The translations under genes and the position numbers were made by a program. A DNA stretch of 60,028 bases, counting the filler, from Globobulimina sp. (Eukaryota): assembly GCA_003354225.1 (NCBI GenBank). It is 12 parts of 12 records of this genome, joined end to end, with 100 filler letters (N's around TTAATTAATTAA, not from the genome) between each part and the next. Parts side by side here need not be neighbours in the genome. Positions count along the whole stretch, not along the records: positions 10,034 to 14,947 come from PIVH01000845.1; positions 15,048 to 19,960 come from PIVH01000846.1; positions 20,061 to 24,973 come from PIVH01000847.1; 9 more parts are not named here. One strand, written 5' to 3'. The stretch's first letter is position 1; every line of letters begins with the position of its first letter. Positions 13,001 through 25,073 of the stretch are shown here, piece after piece. Under the pieces are notes generated by a model. That model was not told the origin of the DNA. It saw only the letters and a program-made list of their open reading frames with translations, and ran no database searches.

Positions 13001-14476
13001 GTTATTATTCCATACTTCCGCCCGTTGGCAAATATATTGTTATCTAAATCTTGTTTGTTATCTGACTTTTTCTCAGATTTATGCGTCTTTTTATCGTTTT
13101 TCGGCTGTTTTTTCGATGATTTTGACTGTTTTTTAGCGTTTTTGTATTTTATCTCAACTAATTGTCCAGGTCGACGCAGATCAGATTGCCATCGACAATG
13201 TAATGCTTCAATTTGCTGTGATATATGTATCGGGAAATCAGTCCATTCATCGTCAGAGTTATTCTTTTTGTCTTTTTTAATCCATTGCCAATAGCCACGT
13301 TGTCGTAATTTATTTTTATTTGAATATGTATTATTGACCGCAATATCCACTGCGGATTCAATTCGATACATTTGTTGCAACATTAAGCCTTTATTTGGCG
13401 GTGCTTTTGGTTTTTGATTTAAATAAGTCACACATCGATTAATTAAACCTCGTATTACTTTGCACTCACTCTTCGCCATTGATTTTATACCTTTTTCCTT
13501 TTTAATATCTCGCAATAATATGTAGTTACTATCATACCATGGCAGCAATGTCCATGAGAAAAATGAGCCACATTCCAACGGCATTATCCTTGGCCATTCA
13601 TTGCTTGTTACTAAACTGTCTACAGACTCTAAAAAATTCCAAAATTCTTGTTTTGTTTTGGCGACATCGGCCATCTCTTTACTGGGTACCATATATCGCA
13701 ACCTATCACGCCAACATAATGGTTCTGGCCATGGCTTTTTACCGGAATGCTTGCACTCATTGCAACTGGTGACATGGTCACATGAAAGTGTGTGAAAAAA
13801 ATGTATGCTAAAAAAAAAGTGAAGCTACTTACTCAAACAATTTAGCTTCTTTGCGAGATCTTTGTGTGGTGGAGGTATAGCAATATTTTTCGGTGAGTTG
13901 TGCCCAAAACGTGGTGTCTACAGCGTCGAATAGAAACGCTTGTAATTGGACTAGTATAGATTGCATTGTATACGCTGGTGTCCAGCCATAACCGATGTCT
14001 TTTGTTGTTTGCGTTTTTCTATCATCCGGAATCCATTCGCCCTGTAACATATCGAGACAAATCCAGCGACCAAAAACGTTTGGATGTTCGAAGTAAGAAC
14101 AGATCTCAATTTTTGGTGCAGATTGGGGATAATTGCGTGGTACTTTGATTTTAAAATGAAAACAGATGTCTTCATAGGATGAGCCTGCTGGCCCTACCAA
14201 ATTTGCATGCCATTCCCATAAATTAGTATCTTCGTTAAGTGGTTCTGCTGAAATCATTGGCAATGGGTCTTTACGACATTCATATAAATCATATCCCAAA
14301 CGAAACAATGCAAATTTTTTGATAGCTGATGGTGATGTATCTGATTTGCCGGTTGTTAGTTCCATACGAAATGTACCGTCTTTTTCTTTTATGAATGAGC
14401 TCAGATCAGATGATGCAATGACTTCGTCGCTTTGTTGGGTGTCATCTGCATATCTTTGTGTTGTGACTGTTGCCAT
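10034..14476 (-). CDS. Multidomain ubiquitin-conjugating enzyme: UBC + WWE-like + 2x S1 + F-box-like + conserved C-terminal domain, 3' partial
   Basis: Three ORFs join in frame via introns 13766-13832 (KLFD-CNECKH) and 11225-11314 (LHRLR-KCCQLF). UBC with HPN motif and catalytic Cys: FEHPNVFGRWICLDML. WWE-like: WQW...EWTDFPIHISQQIE. S1: GDVVCGHVRSVLAYAAFIDVGCEADAFLH. F-box-like: LLSDDINDLIFQFVDRGDL. Confidence 0.85.
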
Positions 14477-14567
14477 ACTGTTGTTACTGTTACAATGCAA
14501 GAAGAATGGTGTCCTGATGTGAGTAGTTAACTTTAAGTTTTTCATCTATTAACATACATTAACTACC

Positions 14568-14947
14568 ATGTCTGCGGTACTTTTCATTATATCAACGTTA
14601 TTCGCCTTTGTATATTCCAAAACAATGCCCAGCAAAGTGGTAGGGTTTTATTTATTAATTGCAGACGACGGTGAACCAGGTTACACAACAAAAGGTATTT
14701 AAATGCTTTCGAATGGCAAAATTACTGCAGAAATGTAAATACAATATGGAAATATACATTGGATAAAAGATAATTGGCATATCCGTTCCTTGCCAATGGA
14801 TCCAACGTATTATGGACTGCGTTTCTCAATCCATCCATGGCAGTCCCACCAGCTATTGCGAATTTAGCCAAATGTCGCGGCCAAACAGGCTGTCCGCCCA
14901 GGTTATTCCGACAATACAAGGTTTAGTGTGGGTGGCGAAGGTTATTC
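14568..14947 (+). CDS. Secreted protein, possibly GH18/chitinase-like; partial, with apparent frameshifts
   Basis: Signal peptide MSAVLFIISTLFAFVYS, then VGFYLLIADD and a donor at about 14695. Downstream fragments YPFLANGSNVLWTAFLNPSMAVPPAIANLAK and FSVGGEGYS (SxGG motif) do not join cleanly in one frame. Confidence 0.4.
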
Positions 14948-15047
14948 NNNNNNNNNNNNNNNNNNNNNNNNNNNNNNNNNNNNNNNNNNNNTTAATTAAT
15001 TAANNNNNNNNNNNNNNNNNNNNNNNNNNNNNNNNNNNNNNNNNNNN

Positions 15048-18000
15048 GTTCGCGGGCTTGATTTGCATTCGGAGGTGTGTCGGTATTGCGGATGGCCCGG
15101 AGTTTCGAATCCCGGATAAACGCAAGAGATTTGAAGCCGAGAGACTTTGGTGATACGTCAGACCCCGTGGCAGAAGTCACAGTAATGAGTGCAAAAAAAT
15201 CAACACAAATACATAAAGAGTTATTATTACATATTACATATAATATATATATATATATATATTGCGATTGTGCGAGATAATATACTCAATATACTGAAAT
15301 ACGCAGGTCCTTAACGGTGATTTTTGATGAAAGACTAACTTTTGATTTTAAAAACTTAGAACCTCAAGAATTGAATCAGGGCAAATGTATAATCGAAGTG
15401 TATGATGCCAATTTAATCCGTAAAAATGTGTTAATTGGTTCCTTTGAGTTCGATTTAGCACAAGTTTATTACAAGAAACATCATGAATTATATAAACAAT
15501 GGGTGGCGTTGACCGATGTGACCGGCGATAATGAAGGCGTCCAGGGCTATTTGCAAGTAACTATCGTTGTTTTAGGACCCAATGATGAACAATATATCCA
15601 TCCCGATAGTGAAGAATTTGAGACTGAAGGTTCCTTATTGAATGTGATGATGCCACCGCAGGTGGAAACAGATCCCCATTTACTAAAAGTGTACATCCAT
15701 CAATTGGATAAGTTGATGATTATGGATAAGTTAACTAAATCATCGGACCCGTATGTCGTAATTAAATTTGCCGGCGTCGAAAATAAGACCACCACTTACA
15801 AAAAGAAATTAGATGTATTAATCCATGAAATGGTGACTGTCCCGGTGATGGAACCCTTATTGGGCAATACCATCATTTTAAATGTAAAAGACCACGATGT
15901 GGCCGCCAGGGATGATATAATTGGTACATATACCTACAGTTACACTAAAATCAAGAAACAAAAGAATATGCGCGTTCTCCCGCATTGGGTTCATCTGTAC
16001 GGCGCACCTTCAGGCAAACAGAAGAAAGGATTACCAGATAAGATGAACCAATCCATCATTGAAGGTACCACCTACAGAGGTTCCATGCTATTATCCTTTG
16101 CCGTGGAAGCAGAGCCAAACGACGATGAACTAAAACCCACCACATCGAAAGCGATATGGAACAAAAAAGAGTCGCCCAAAATCAAGCAATGGGCGTTGCA
16201 AGTTGACGTATACCAAGGCGTGGAGGTTGGTGACGGCAAAGGCAAATTTCAAATCAAAATGATGATTCGCGATCTAAAAATCAAAACGGAATTTTCAAAC
16301 TGCGCCAAAGGTGCCTGTGAATGGTATGAGATCCTGAAGTTGCCGGATGCGGACAGTAAGGAAGATTCCATCGATTTGCGCATGCCACAGGACCCCAAAC
16401 AATGCCCCGATGTCTTATTTTATTTAATTGAAAAGAAAACGGGCTTCGATACCTCGGATAATGTCATTTCCTATTTACGATTTTCATGGACGCAGTTACT
16501 TGCACTTGGCTTCCAATCCCCGCCCGAATGGTATACGTTTAAATCCTCGCCGGTGTTGCATAAGATGGGCGAAGAAGACTTCCCCGGTACCATATTATTG
16601 GGTATTCGCGCCGGATTGAAAGAGGATAAACCGCGCGATGTGGCGCCCGGTGCGCGACCATTTTTAAATGTGGATAATACGCAAACTTCGCTATTATTCG
16701 AGCCCGAAGAGGTGGAAGAGTCGACTACAGAGAGCAAGACCAGTGAGACCTTGCCATTGCTAAATGTGGGCAGTTTTAAACCGAAAGCAGCGGAGACTAT
16801 GGGTCAATTGTCGGTGACTGTGGTGAATGCCGCCAATGTGCCCGCCATGGACCGTGGTGGGACCAGCGATCCCTACGTCGAAGTTATTGTCAACGGAAAC
16901 TCCCAAAAGACCTCGGTGCAAAAAGATACGCTTAAACCAACCTGGAATGAAACGTTTAAATTTGATGGTATATCCATCCACGACTCAATCAACGTACAAT
17001 TGAATGGTTAATTTGTTTGTTTGTTTCTAAAATTAATAATTAAACAACCTGTAAAAAAATATTTAGATTGGAATAGGTTTGGTAAGAAAACTAGGATCGG
17101 TAAGGTAGAAAATGTGATATTAATGGGTCTGTTGCAAGAGGCGCGAGGTGCCCTAGGCGTAGACTTCAATTATACCAAAAAATTCTTCGTCTCTGAAAAA
17201 TTCACAAACTGTACCGTGACTATATCGATTACCTTTGATTTCGATGCCAAGCATGCGTATAAACGCGATAAGCCCAAGTCTTCGAGCGGGCTCTTTGGCA
17301 AAGTGGGCAAAGTGAAATCGTCGATCGGTGGCGGATCGCGTAGTGGCGGCAATGGCGGCGTGGCTATCATGGGTCGACCCTATCCGCGCAACTATAAGAT
17401 GGTGGTCTATGTGTATCAGGCCCGCAATTTAGATGCATTGGATGCTTCGGGTTTCAGTGATCCATATTTCGAGGTTACTTATTGCGGCAAACGGGCCAAA
17501 TCTGAAATTATAAAGAAAACGCTGAACCCGCAATGGATGGAGTCGATAGTGTTAAATGTGGACGTACCCCAACCTGCGGCGTATGCGCCAAGCATTCGGT
17601 GTTCAGTGTATGACTGGGATAGATTTAGCGGGAATGATTTGATCGGCCGCTTCTTCATTCCTTTTCTTGATGTGGTTGATATGATGAAAACTCGGAAACC
17701 GCGCTGGTATCATTTGTATTGTCATAAGACGGAGAATGAGATGGAAGGGAAAGTGTATATTGCTGTGGAGTTTATTGATGCCAATGATAAGAGAGAGCCC
17801 ATATTTAAGATTGATAAGACTGCGAATCCCTTTTATTTGCATTTATTAACCATTGGTGTACGTTCATTGAAATCGGCGTTGGGTGTGCATAAACCGCAAA
17901 TTGTATACACAGCACCGTTAGCTGGCAGTGTGGAGGAAATTGCCACTGATCCTTCGTCCAATCCTTCTGCGAAAAATGCCAATTTTTTGGTGATACAGAA

Positions 18001-19960
18001 GCTTCCCATCAAAATACCGATTGATTATGAATTAGCGCCGGTGATCAACATTATAGCGCGCGATAATTTGTTTGGTGGCATTGTAAAAAGATCGATTGGT
18101 TCCTCTTATCTCGATTTGCACGAATTTATGATACCGTTGTTATCGTCGGATAAGAATGAATGGCAAATCAAAGATAATCGTATCGAGATATTGAATGAGA
18201 AACAGTTAAAATTAGAGATTGTCGCCGAGGAAAGAGCGGAATGGCGCACTTTTAAAGCGGAGTCCAGAATGAATTTGTTATCGATTAAGAAATGTATTGA
18301 ATTATCGGAGGCGAGATGTCAAAATCGCGCCTTTAACAAAAAGGAGTTGTTACAGATTGAAGAGATTGGTAAGAATATGGTTGAAATTGAGAGTTCGGTG
18401 TCGTATCGCAATCGGTTATATGCCGAAGAAGATGAGTTTCGAAAAGAGCAAGAGGCCGAAGAGGAGCGCTTAAGAATGCAAATTGAACAAGAAAAAGAAG
18501 CACAGCGAAGGAAAAAAGAAATTAATCAACGAAAAGATGAAAAAGTAGAAGTGGATGACGATGAGGAAAATAAAGAGACCAAACAAGGAGAGACCAAAGA
18601 AGAGGGCGATGGCGATGGCGATGGTGATGGTGATGATGATGATAATTCGTCTTCCTCTGATTCGGATGGTTCCGAAGACGAAGAGATGAAAGAAGAGATT
18701 CCAAAAGAAAAAGAAAAGAAATTAAGCAAACGAGAGAAGAAAAAGAAAGAGAAAGCGAAAAAGAAGTCAGAAAAGGAGGCTTTAAAGGCGTGGGATAAAG
18801 AGAATGAAGAGGAATGTTTTGATTTGGACAGCAAAGTAACTATAAATCCCTCTGATTTTGAGCCGGAATATTTAAAAGGTCGACCACGAATATATGACGA
18901 ATTAGAAGATACCATCGATTGCAATCCATTTGAGACCATTTCGTTATAGACAGGCTCTCAATCCGGCGGCTTTTTGGGTATTGGAGGCAGGCGGATCACG
19001 AGCGTTATTAAAGGTTCATGGAAACTCCAGCAATCCTCGGATAACCCCTTTGGTAATGGCTTAAAAGCATTGGTACAGACCCGTACCATTGCGGTGCGTT
19101 TGTATATATTGAATGGTATAAATTTAGTATCGACAGATCGGGATAACAGCAGTGATCCTTATTTAATTATAAAATTAGGAAAGAATAAGGTATCGACCCG
19201 TAAGCGATACATACCCAACACTTTACAGCCTGAATTTCATGAAGCGTTTGAGTTTCATACTACGTTACCGGGACCATCGCATATCACCATTGAGATATGG
19301 GACTGGGACGGGATTGGCGATGACTTAGTGGGTCGGACCATTATTGATATTGAAGATCGATGGTTTAGTAAAATCTGGCGGAGATTAAAAGTGAAGCCAT
19401 TGGAGGAGAGAACTTTGCATAATCCGCGCAGTGCGGCTTCCTTTGGCAAACTTCGACTGTGGATAGATTTGCTGGCAAAAGATGAAGCGCGTAACATACC
19501 GATGGTTGATATATCGTTGCCACCCAAACAAATCTATGAATTTCGCCTAATTCTTTGGAAAGCGAAGAATGTGGTGATCAAAGATGAGCTGACGGATCAG
19601 AATGATTTGCGCGTTACTTGCAAAGTGCAATGCGATGATAAATACAAACAAGAGACGGATACGCATTGGAGAGCAAAATTTGGTAAAGGTAGTTGGAATT
19701 GGCGATGCATTTTTGACTTATCATTGCCTTTTAAAAAGAGGACGGCTTTGCATTTGTCAATGTGGGATCAAGATGTGTTTTCTGCATCGGATAGTATCGG
19801 GGAAATCAATTTTAGCTTAGATTTGTTACTGCGGCACGCATATTTGCATCGAGAAGATATTCCACGTATTATATTGCGAAAAGACCAGGAGAAGCGGTTT
19901 TGGCTCCATATGATGCACACAAAATGGCCGGGCGAAGTGCAAGGAAAATTGCATGTTTCT
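15048..19960 (+). CDS. Ferlin-family multi-C2-domain protein, partial at both ends, with one in-frame TAG
   Basis: Multiple C2 domains (DRGGTSDPYV, DASGFSDPYF, DRDNSSDPYL). Ferlin hallmarks: WVHLYGAP...GTTYRG, IDIEDRWFS, LEERTLHNP...GKLRLWID and QETDTHWR...GSWNWR. Introns at about 15220-15306 and 17007-17066. TAG at 18947-18949. Confidence 0.9.
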
Positions 19961-20060
19961 NNNNNNNNNNNNNNNNNNNNNNNNNNNNNNNNNNNNNNNN
20001 NNNNTTAATTAATTAANNNNNNNNNNNNNNNNNNNNNNNNNNNNNNNNNNNNNNNNNNNN

Positions 20061-20221
20061 GATATTGCCAGAAATGCTCAGAAAATAAAGATAATTGAGT
20101 ATCAGACTGAATGTGTATTGCCAGATATTGCCAGAAATGCTCAGAAAATAAAGATAATTGAGTAATCTGAGATCAGTCTGATTTCTCAGATTACTCAATT
20201 ATCTTTATTTTCTGAGCATTT
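20061..20221. repeat. Contig-end direct plus inverted duplication (probable template-switch/assembly chimera)
   Basis: A 41-bp direct repeat lies at 20061-20101 and 20124-20164. A hairpin with arms of about 38 bp (about 20135-20172 and 20184-20221) overlaps the end of the RNF213-like ORF. Confidence 0.8.
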
Positions 20222-23200
20222 ATTCCAAGCCATTTCCCATTCATTGATATCGCCCATTTATTGATTTGTGCGTCGTGCAATATGTCGGCGATGGTCATCT
20301 CGTGGCATTCATCCAAGGTCTTTTTGCGTAGATATCGCTGATAAATTAATTTCAACCATTTACTAATATATGGCATATATCTCAAACACCAAAATAAGGG
20401 CCGTGCGTGAATAATGCGCCATAAATTTGGATATAATTTCTCATTCTCGTTACAAATGTCGTTGCCGACGAAGGTAAAAAACGACGCCAAAGTCACCGAT
20501 TGACAGCGTAAAAACAAATGTGGCACATATTGCAATCTATAACGAGTATTCGATTTTAATTTTAAGTTTTTTTGTTCCAATATTTCGCTCATTAATAAGC
20601 GTAAATGTGCGGCATTTTTGTTTTCATTGCGGAACTTTAAAATGCTATTTTGTTTGCGATGATATATTAACTGTTTCTCAATAAACGCATTTAAAACTTG
20701 CTCAAATGTATCTCGGTCCGCTTCGTTTTTAATGTCATGTTTGGCGTCGATCGACGTTGCGAATATATTATTTTCCATCAAGTCACATAATAACAAATGG
20801 ATTCCAATGCAAACATCCTCCAAATTGGACGAGGTGATGGAAGACAACAAATTTATATCCGAACGGATTTGAGACCACAGAAATTTATTCAAATTGCCTT
20901 CTTTTTGATGGATTAATTCGCTTAAACCAGACTTTTGTGCACATGCAGAACATTGATGTAATAACATGGCCAAATGCATAAATAAACGCATACAGCGAAC
21001 CACGTAGGGTTTGCATTGGCGAAATGATTCCACATTCTTCTGTTCGTCGTCATTACCGGTTAACACATAGCCTTTGGGTGATTTTGCGATGTAATTATCG
21101 ATCGGCTTGACATTCTCGACGGGATTATGAGACTTTCCACCAATTAGTTCGCCGCAATGACACTTGGACTCCACAGTGGGTCGACCACACTCACCAATTA
21201 AATATGGATGGCCTTTCGGACATAGCCAAATGCGCGTTTTTTTGTTCTCGATGGCATTATGGACTAAGGCCAACATATCGGGTGGCATTGATATCAAATA
21301 AGCCTCCACAAACTGCAACGGATCGCAATATAATAAATACAATGGATTTGGGTGATTTGTCTGCGCCGTGATGCAGATAAATAAATGAATGGCTAATCGC
21401 ATAATCATGACATCTTCAATCGAGGTTTTTTTATTGTAAAAAAAAGCACCATTACGGGCATTAAATCCGTTTAATAATTTATTGATGAACTCATATTCAA
21501 ATGATTTGATGGTGCAATTTGCAAATATTTTGGAAAATAGCTGCGTAAACATCTTATCTTTGACTATCTGCAAACCGATTAATTCCCTTTTGTTGGCCGC
21601 TGGCAATAAATATATTTCGCTAAATAATGCCGCAATGACCGCCAATCGATCTCGTTGCGAATTTTCTTTGTACTCAATGTCAATAATTTGCTTTTTATGC
21701 GAAGCCAAATGAAAGGCAGAGGAATACATATAATATCTGTCCCCAATCAATGCAAAAGTATCCAGCGATGGTATGTTGGCCGAGGCCCTTTTTAATTGAT
21801 TGAATACTTTGGATTTGGAAAAGATTGGACAGGTTTCACGAACGCGTTTGTTGCAAATTAATACCTCGCTCCATTCCATGCCACGTAAATTATACATTTG
21901 CTTCAAAAACCAAATATGTAATGAATACTGCCAATCTTTGTCGGTGATTAGGTTTAATAAATAATTGATTTTCTTTTTAAATATTGTCTCTAATTTGTAC
22001 GTATCAAATATATCATCGATGTTCACCACATCCACTATAATATTGCTTAAATATTCAATAAAATACGCCAACTCAATCTTAATTTGGGCCAAACATTCCA
22101 ATTGTTTTAATGGCTGTGTTTTATTGGTTATCCATTCAATCTGTGCATTATTGTCACCTTCGCCCTTTTTATTGCTATTCTTTTTAGCATGTTTGCTTTT
22201 ATTTTGATGTCTTTCTTCAAATGCACGTACAATCAATGTATTTAAGTCGTGATCCCAGCCACACTCTCTTTTATTATACATAAACAAGGCTCCATTTATT
22301 AATTTTAATACATTGCCATTGCGGTCATAATGACATAAAGTTAATAACCGTCGAACTAACTGCAATTTGGCAATATCATTCCAGACCAAATTCCTTCCAA
22401 TCTCCATACCAATGATTTTTGTATGGCGCACAATCAAATCCAATAAACACGACGCAAAATCTAAATGATGTTTGGCTAAACTTTGAACATTTTCCATCTC
22501 ATCAATTAAGGACAAATAATCACATAATGTATTACTGAAGATTTTTAATAAATATTTATCCGTTACAATATTTCCATATTTATTGATTTCAAATAATAAT
22601 AATTTTAATATCTCACAAAAAGTGTCTTTATGTACCAATGAATTTGAATTTATTAATTCCGAAAAACGTTCAAACAAATTAACGCAAGAAATATCTTCTT
22701 TCACTTCTTCTTTTTTCTCTTCTTCGTCTTCCATTAATCCCGCAAATAATTTGCCAAATAATCCGGATTTACTTTCTTTTTTTCGGACCATTTTCTTTTT
22801 AATTTTATTTGCTTGATTTTTTTGCGCGATACGGATATGTTTAACCGCCAACATTTTTAGTTTTAAACATTTCCATTTCTTATTCAAATTATTAATAATA
22901 TGATCCAATTCAATTTGCGAAGGCAATGTATCGCTGTTATTGCTATCATTGGTCACTGCAATTAACCATTTATTTACTTGTGCCAATAAATACGGAATGG
23001 ATTGTTGCGTTTTCACCAATTTATCATATTTACTATCATTAAAGGAAGAATTTAAAAATTCCAATACAAATTGCAATGCATACAACAACGATGAACGCGA
23101 TGAATATAAATCTTTATAGGATAATATGCCATGGATCTTATCCAATTTATCCTCATCCAACAACGACGAAATGGTTAAAAAATGCATCAAAAACTCCGAT

Positions 23201-24973
23201 TGCGTCCATATAGTCGCTTGCAATTCGGGTATAGATATAAATGACTTCTCTTTTTCCACACTTACACCACTATGTTCCTCCTGGTTTTCCCGTTGTTCAA
23301 TGGCATCTTTACTCATATAGATCTGCGCCGGAATATCTTCATCGTCGCCTAAACTGTCCTGATGTTGCATAGCTTGCAAATCACCCAACGGCAATCCATT
23401 TGCATCCGCACCCGGCCCCGCTTCATCCTTCTCATTGCCCCCTTCGTTGGACACTTGTGTTTGTGGCTGTTTTGCAGCAAACTGCGATAAATCGGGTGGT
23501 ACGCCACAAATTGCAGCAGTGACCGTCATTAAATACATTGACGCTAATTTTATCAATTTCTTACTTGATAATTTATCGATTGGTAATTGTGTGTCATGTA
23601 ACCATATTAAATCAGTGGCATATAATTCGGATAAATTGTGCGGTAATTCGGTTAATAATGGCAATGGATCGTGTGAACCGCGCATAAATTGTTTCAAAAA
23701 ATCGCATATTTGTTTGGTTCGCTGTATCTTTCGATCCGTTTCTAAGTGCTTTTCCTTCTTACTCCCCTCCATCGAACCGGGTTCACTTTCATATTTCTCA
23801 TCCTCTTTGCCGTCATCCTCTTCTTTTTTCTCCTCATTTTCCCGAAACGAGCGTAGAAACGATTTCTGCGCAGAACACCATTGATTGATGGACGACGAAA
23901 ATGGAAATTGTGCGTTGTATTCATGCGGCACGTCCACTAAAATGGGCTTATTCTTTAATATCAAGGATATGGTGCTGCTGATGGTGGATATTTCCACTAA
24001 ATCTTTATTCGAAAATAACTGTATATATAAATTATGCAATAACTTATCTTTCTCATTTTGTTTGATATTTATGTTGAATAAAATGTCGAAATTGTTGTTG
24101 ATGTACACCGACCGCAGCACATTGGTCAAGGTCACCATCACTATCTTCTGCACAATGTCGCTAAACCGCTCATAAAAGGAGCCCCGCATCCACTGCCCGC
24201 TATCGTGGATATTGCGGACATTGTCCACTACCAAGCGCGCGATGGGAATATTTAATTTGTCCACCGACAACAAGCAAGCCATGCGACTTAATACGCCCTC
24301 TTGAAATAATTTATACTTTGTATTGGGGGCCAAGATGGCTAATAAGCGCTCAATCTCTTTTTGGGGCGCCACCGAAGTGGAAAATTGTAAATGGGACAAT
24401 GCCCGGCGACAAATGGACGATAATATTCCAATGCCTTCCGCTTCAAAGATGTCGCCAATGGACTGTGTGGCGATGGATTCTAGCTTGATGGCTGCATTCT
24501 GCTGCAAAGAATCGATGAATACCATATGCCATCGGCGCGAGAGTACCAATGGGAAGGACTCGGAAGGTGTGTCGCGACGCAGATGAACCACAAAGATGAC
24601 TTGATGTTGTTCGTTGGGGTCGCTTTCCGACTGATAATATGCCAATTCAATCATGTGTTTAATGTGAATGAAATGCTGCACGCCGGCACTGCCGTGGCGG
24701 TATTGCAATAATAAGGTTTTCTTTTTTTTATTGTCTTCTTCTTTCTCGTCGACACTGTGCGCTTTTTCCATGGATAATTTATCCATTTTAGATAATTTAT
24801 TATCATTCTCATTATTTATGGCTTCATCGTCGCCCAAACTGTCTGCTTTTATTAATCCTTTCATGTCAATCTCTGTCACATTGACATTGATTTTTTCTTC
24901 CTCTGCTTCTGTTTTTTGTTCTGGTTTCGGTTGTTTTTTATGTTTTTTTTTATCAATGGCGGAAGTAAAATGT
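20191..24973 (-). CDS. RNF213 (mysterin)-like E3 ligase, C-terminal region with RZ finger, partial
   Basis: Long intronless ORF, open to the contig edge. It carries an HQVIFVVHLRR motif and an RZ-type finger, CPKGHPYLIGECGRPTVESKCHCGELIGGKSH (21127-21222), followed by GY...R...RLFMH as in the RNF213 C-terminal E3 module. Confidence 0.8.
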
Positions 24974-25073
24974 NNNNNNNNNNNNNNNNNNNNNNNNNNN
25001 NNNNNNNNNNNNNNNNNTTAATTAATTAANNNNNNNNNNNNNNNNNNNNNNNNNNNNNNNNNNNNNNNNNNNN

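Noticed and set aside
15048-15118. GC-rich start of the ferlin contig
   Set aside because: It does not resemble the expected C2 strand and is probably a chimeric contig end. It is too short to interpret.
18526-18939. Antisense S/F-rich ORFs (also 5447-6241, 28062-28382, 57194-57718 and others)
   Set aside because: These are shadow ORFs opposite charged, low-complexity or conserved coding regions, with no independent motifs.
20061-20260. Direct plus inverted repeats as a transposon end, and the ORF stop at 20191 as the real RNF213-like C-terminus
   Set aside because: They lie at a contig edge and copy adjacent gene sequence. They are accompanied by an apparent frameshift (the alternative frame reads GDINEWEMAWN). 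A template-switch or assembly artefact fits best.
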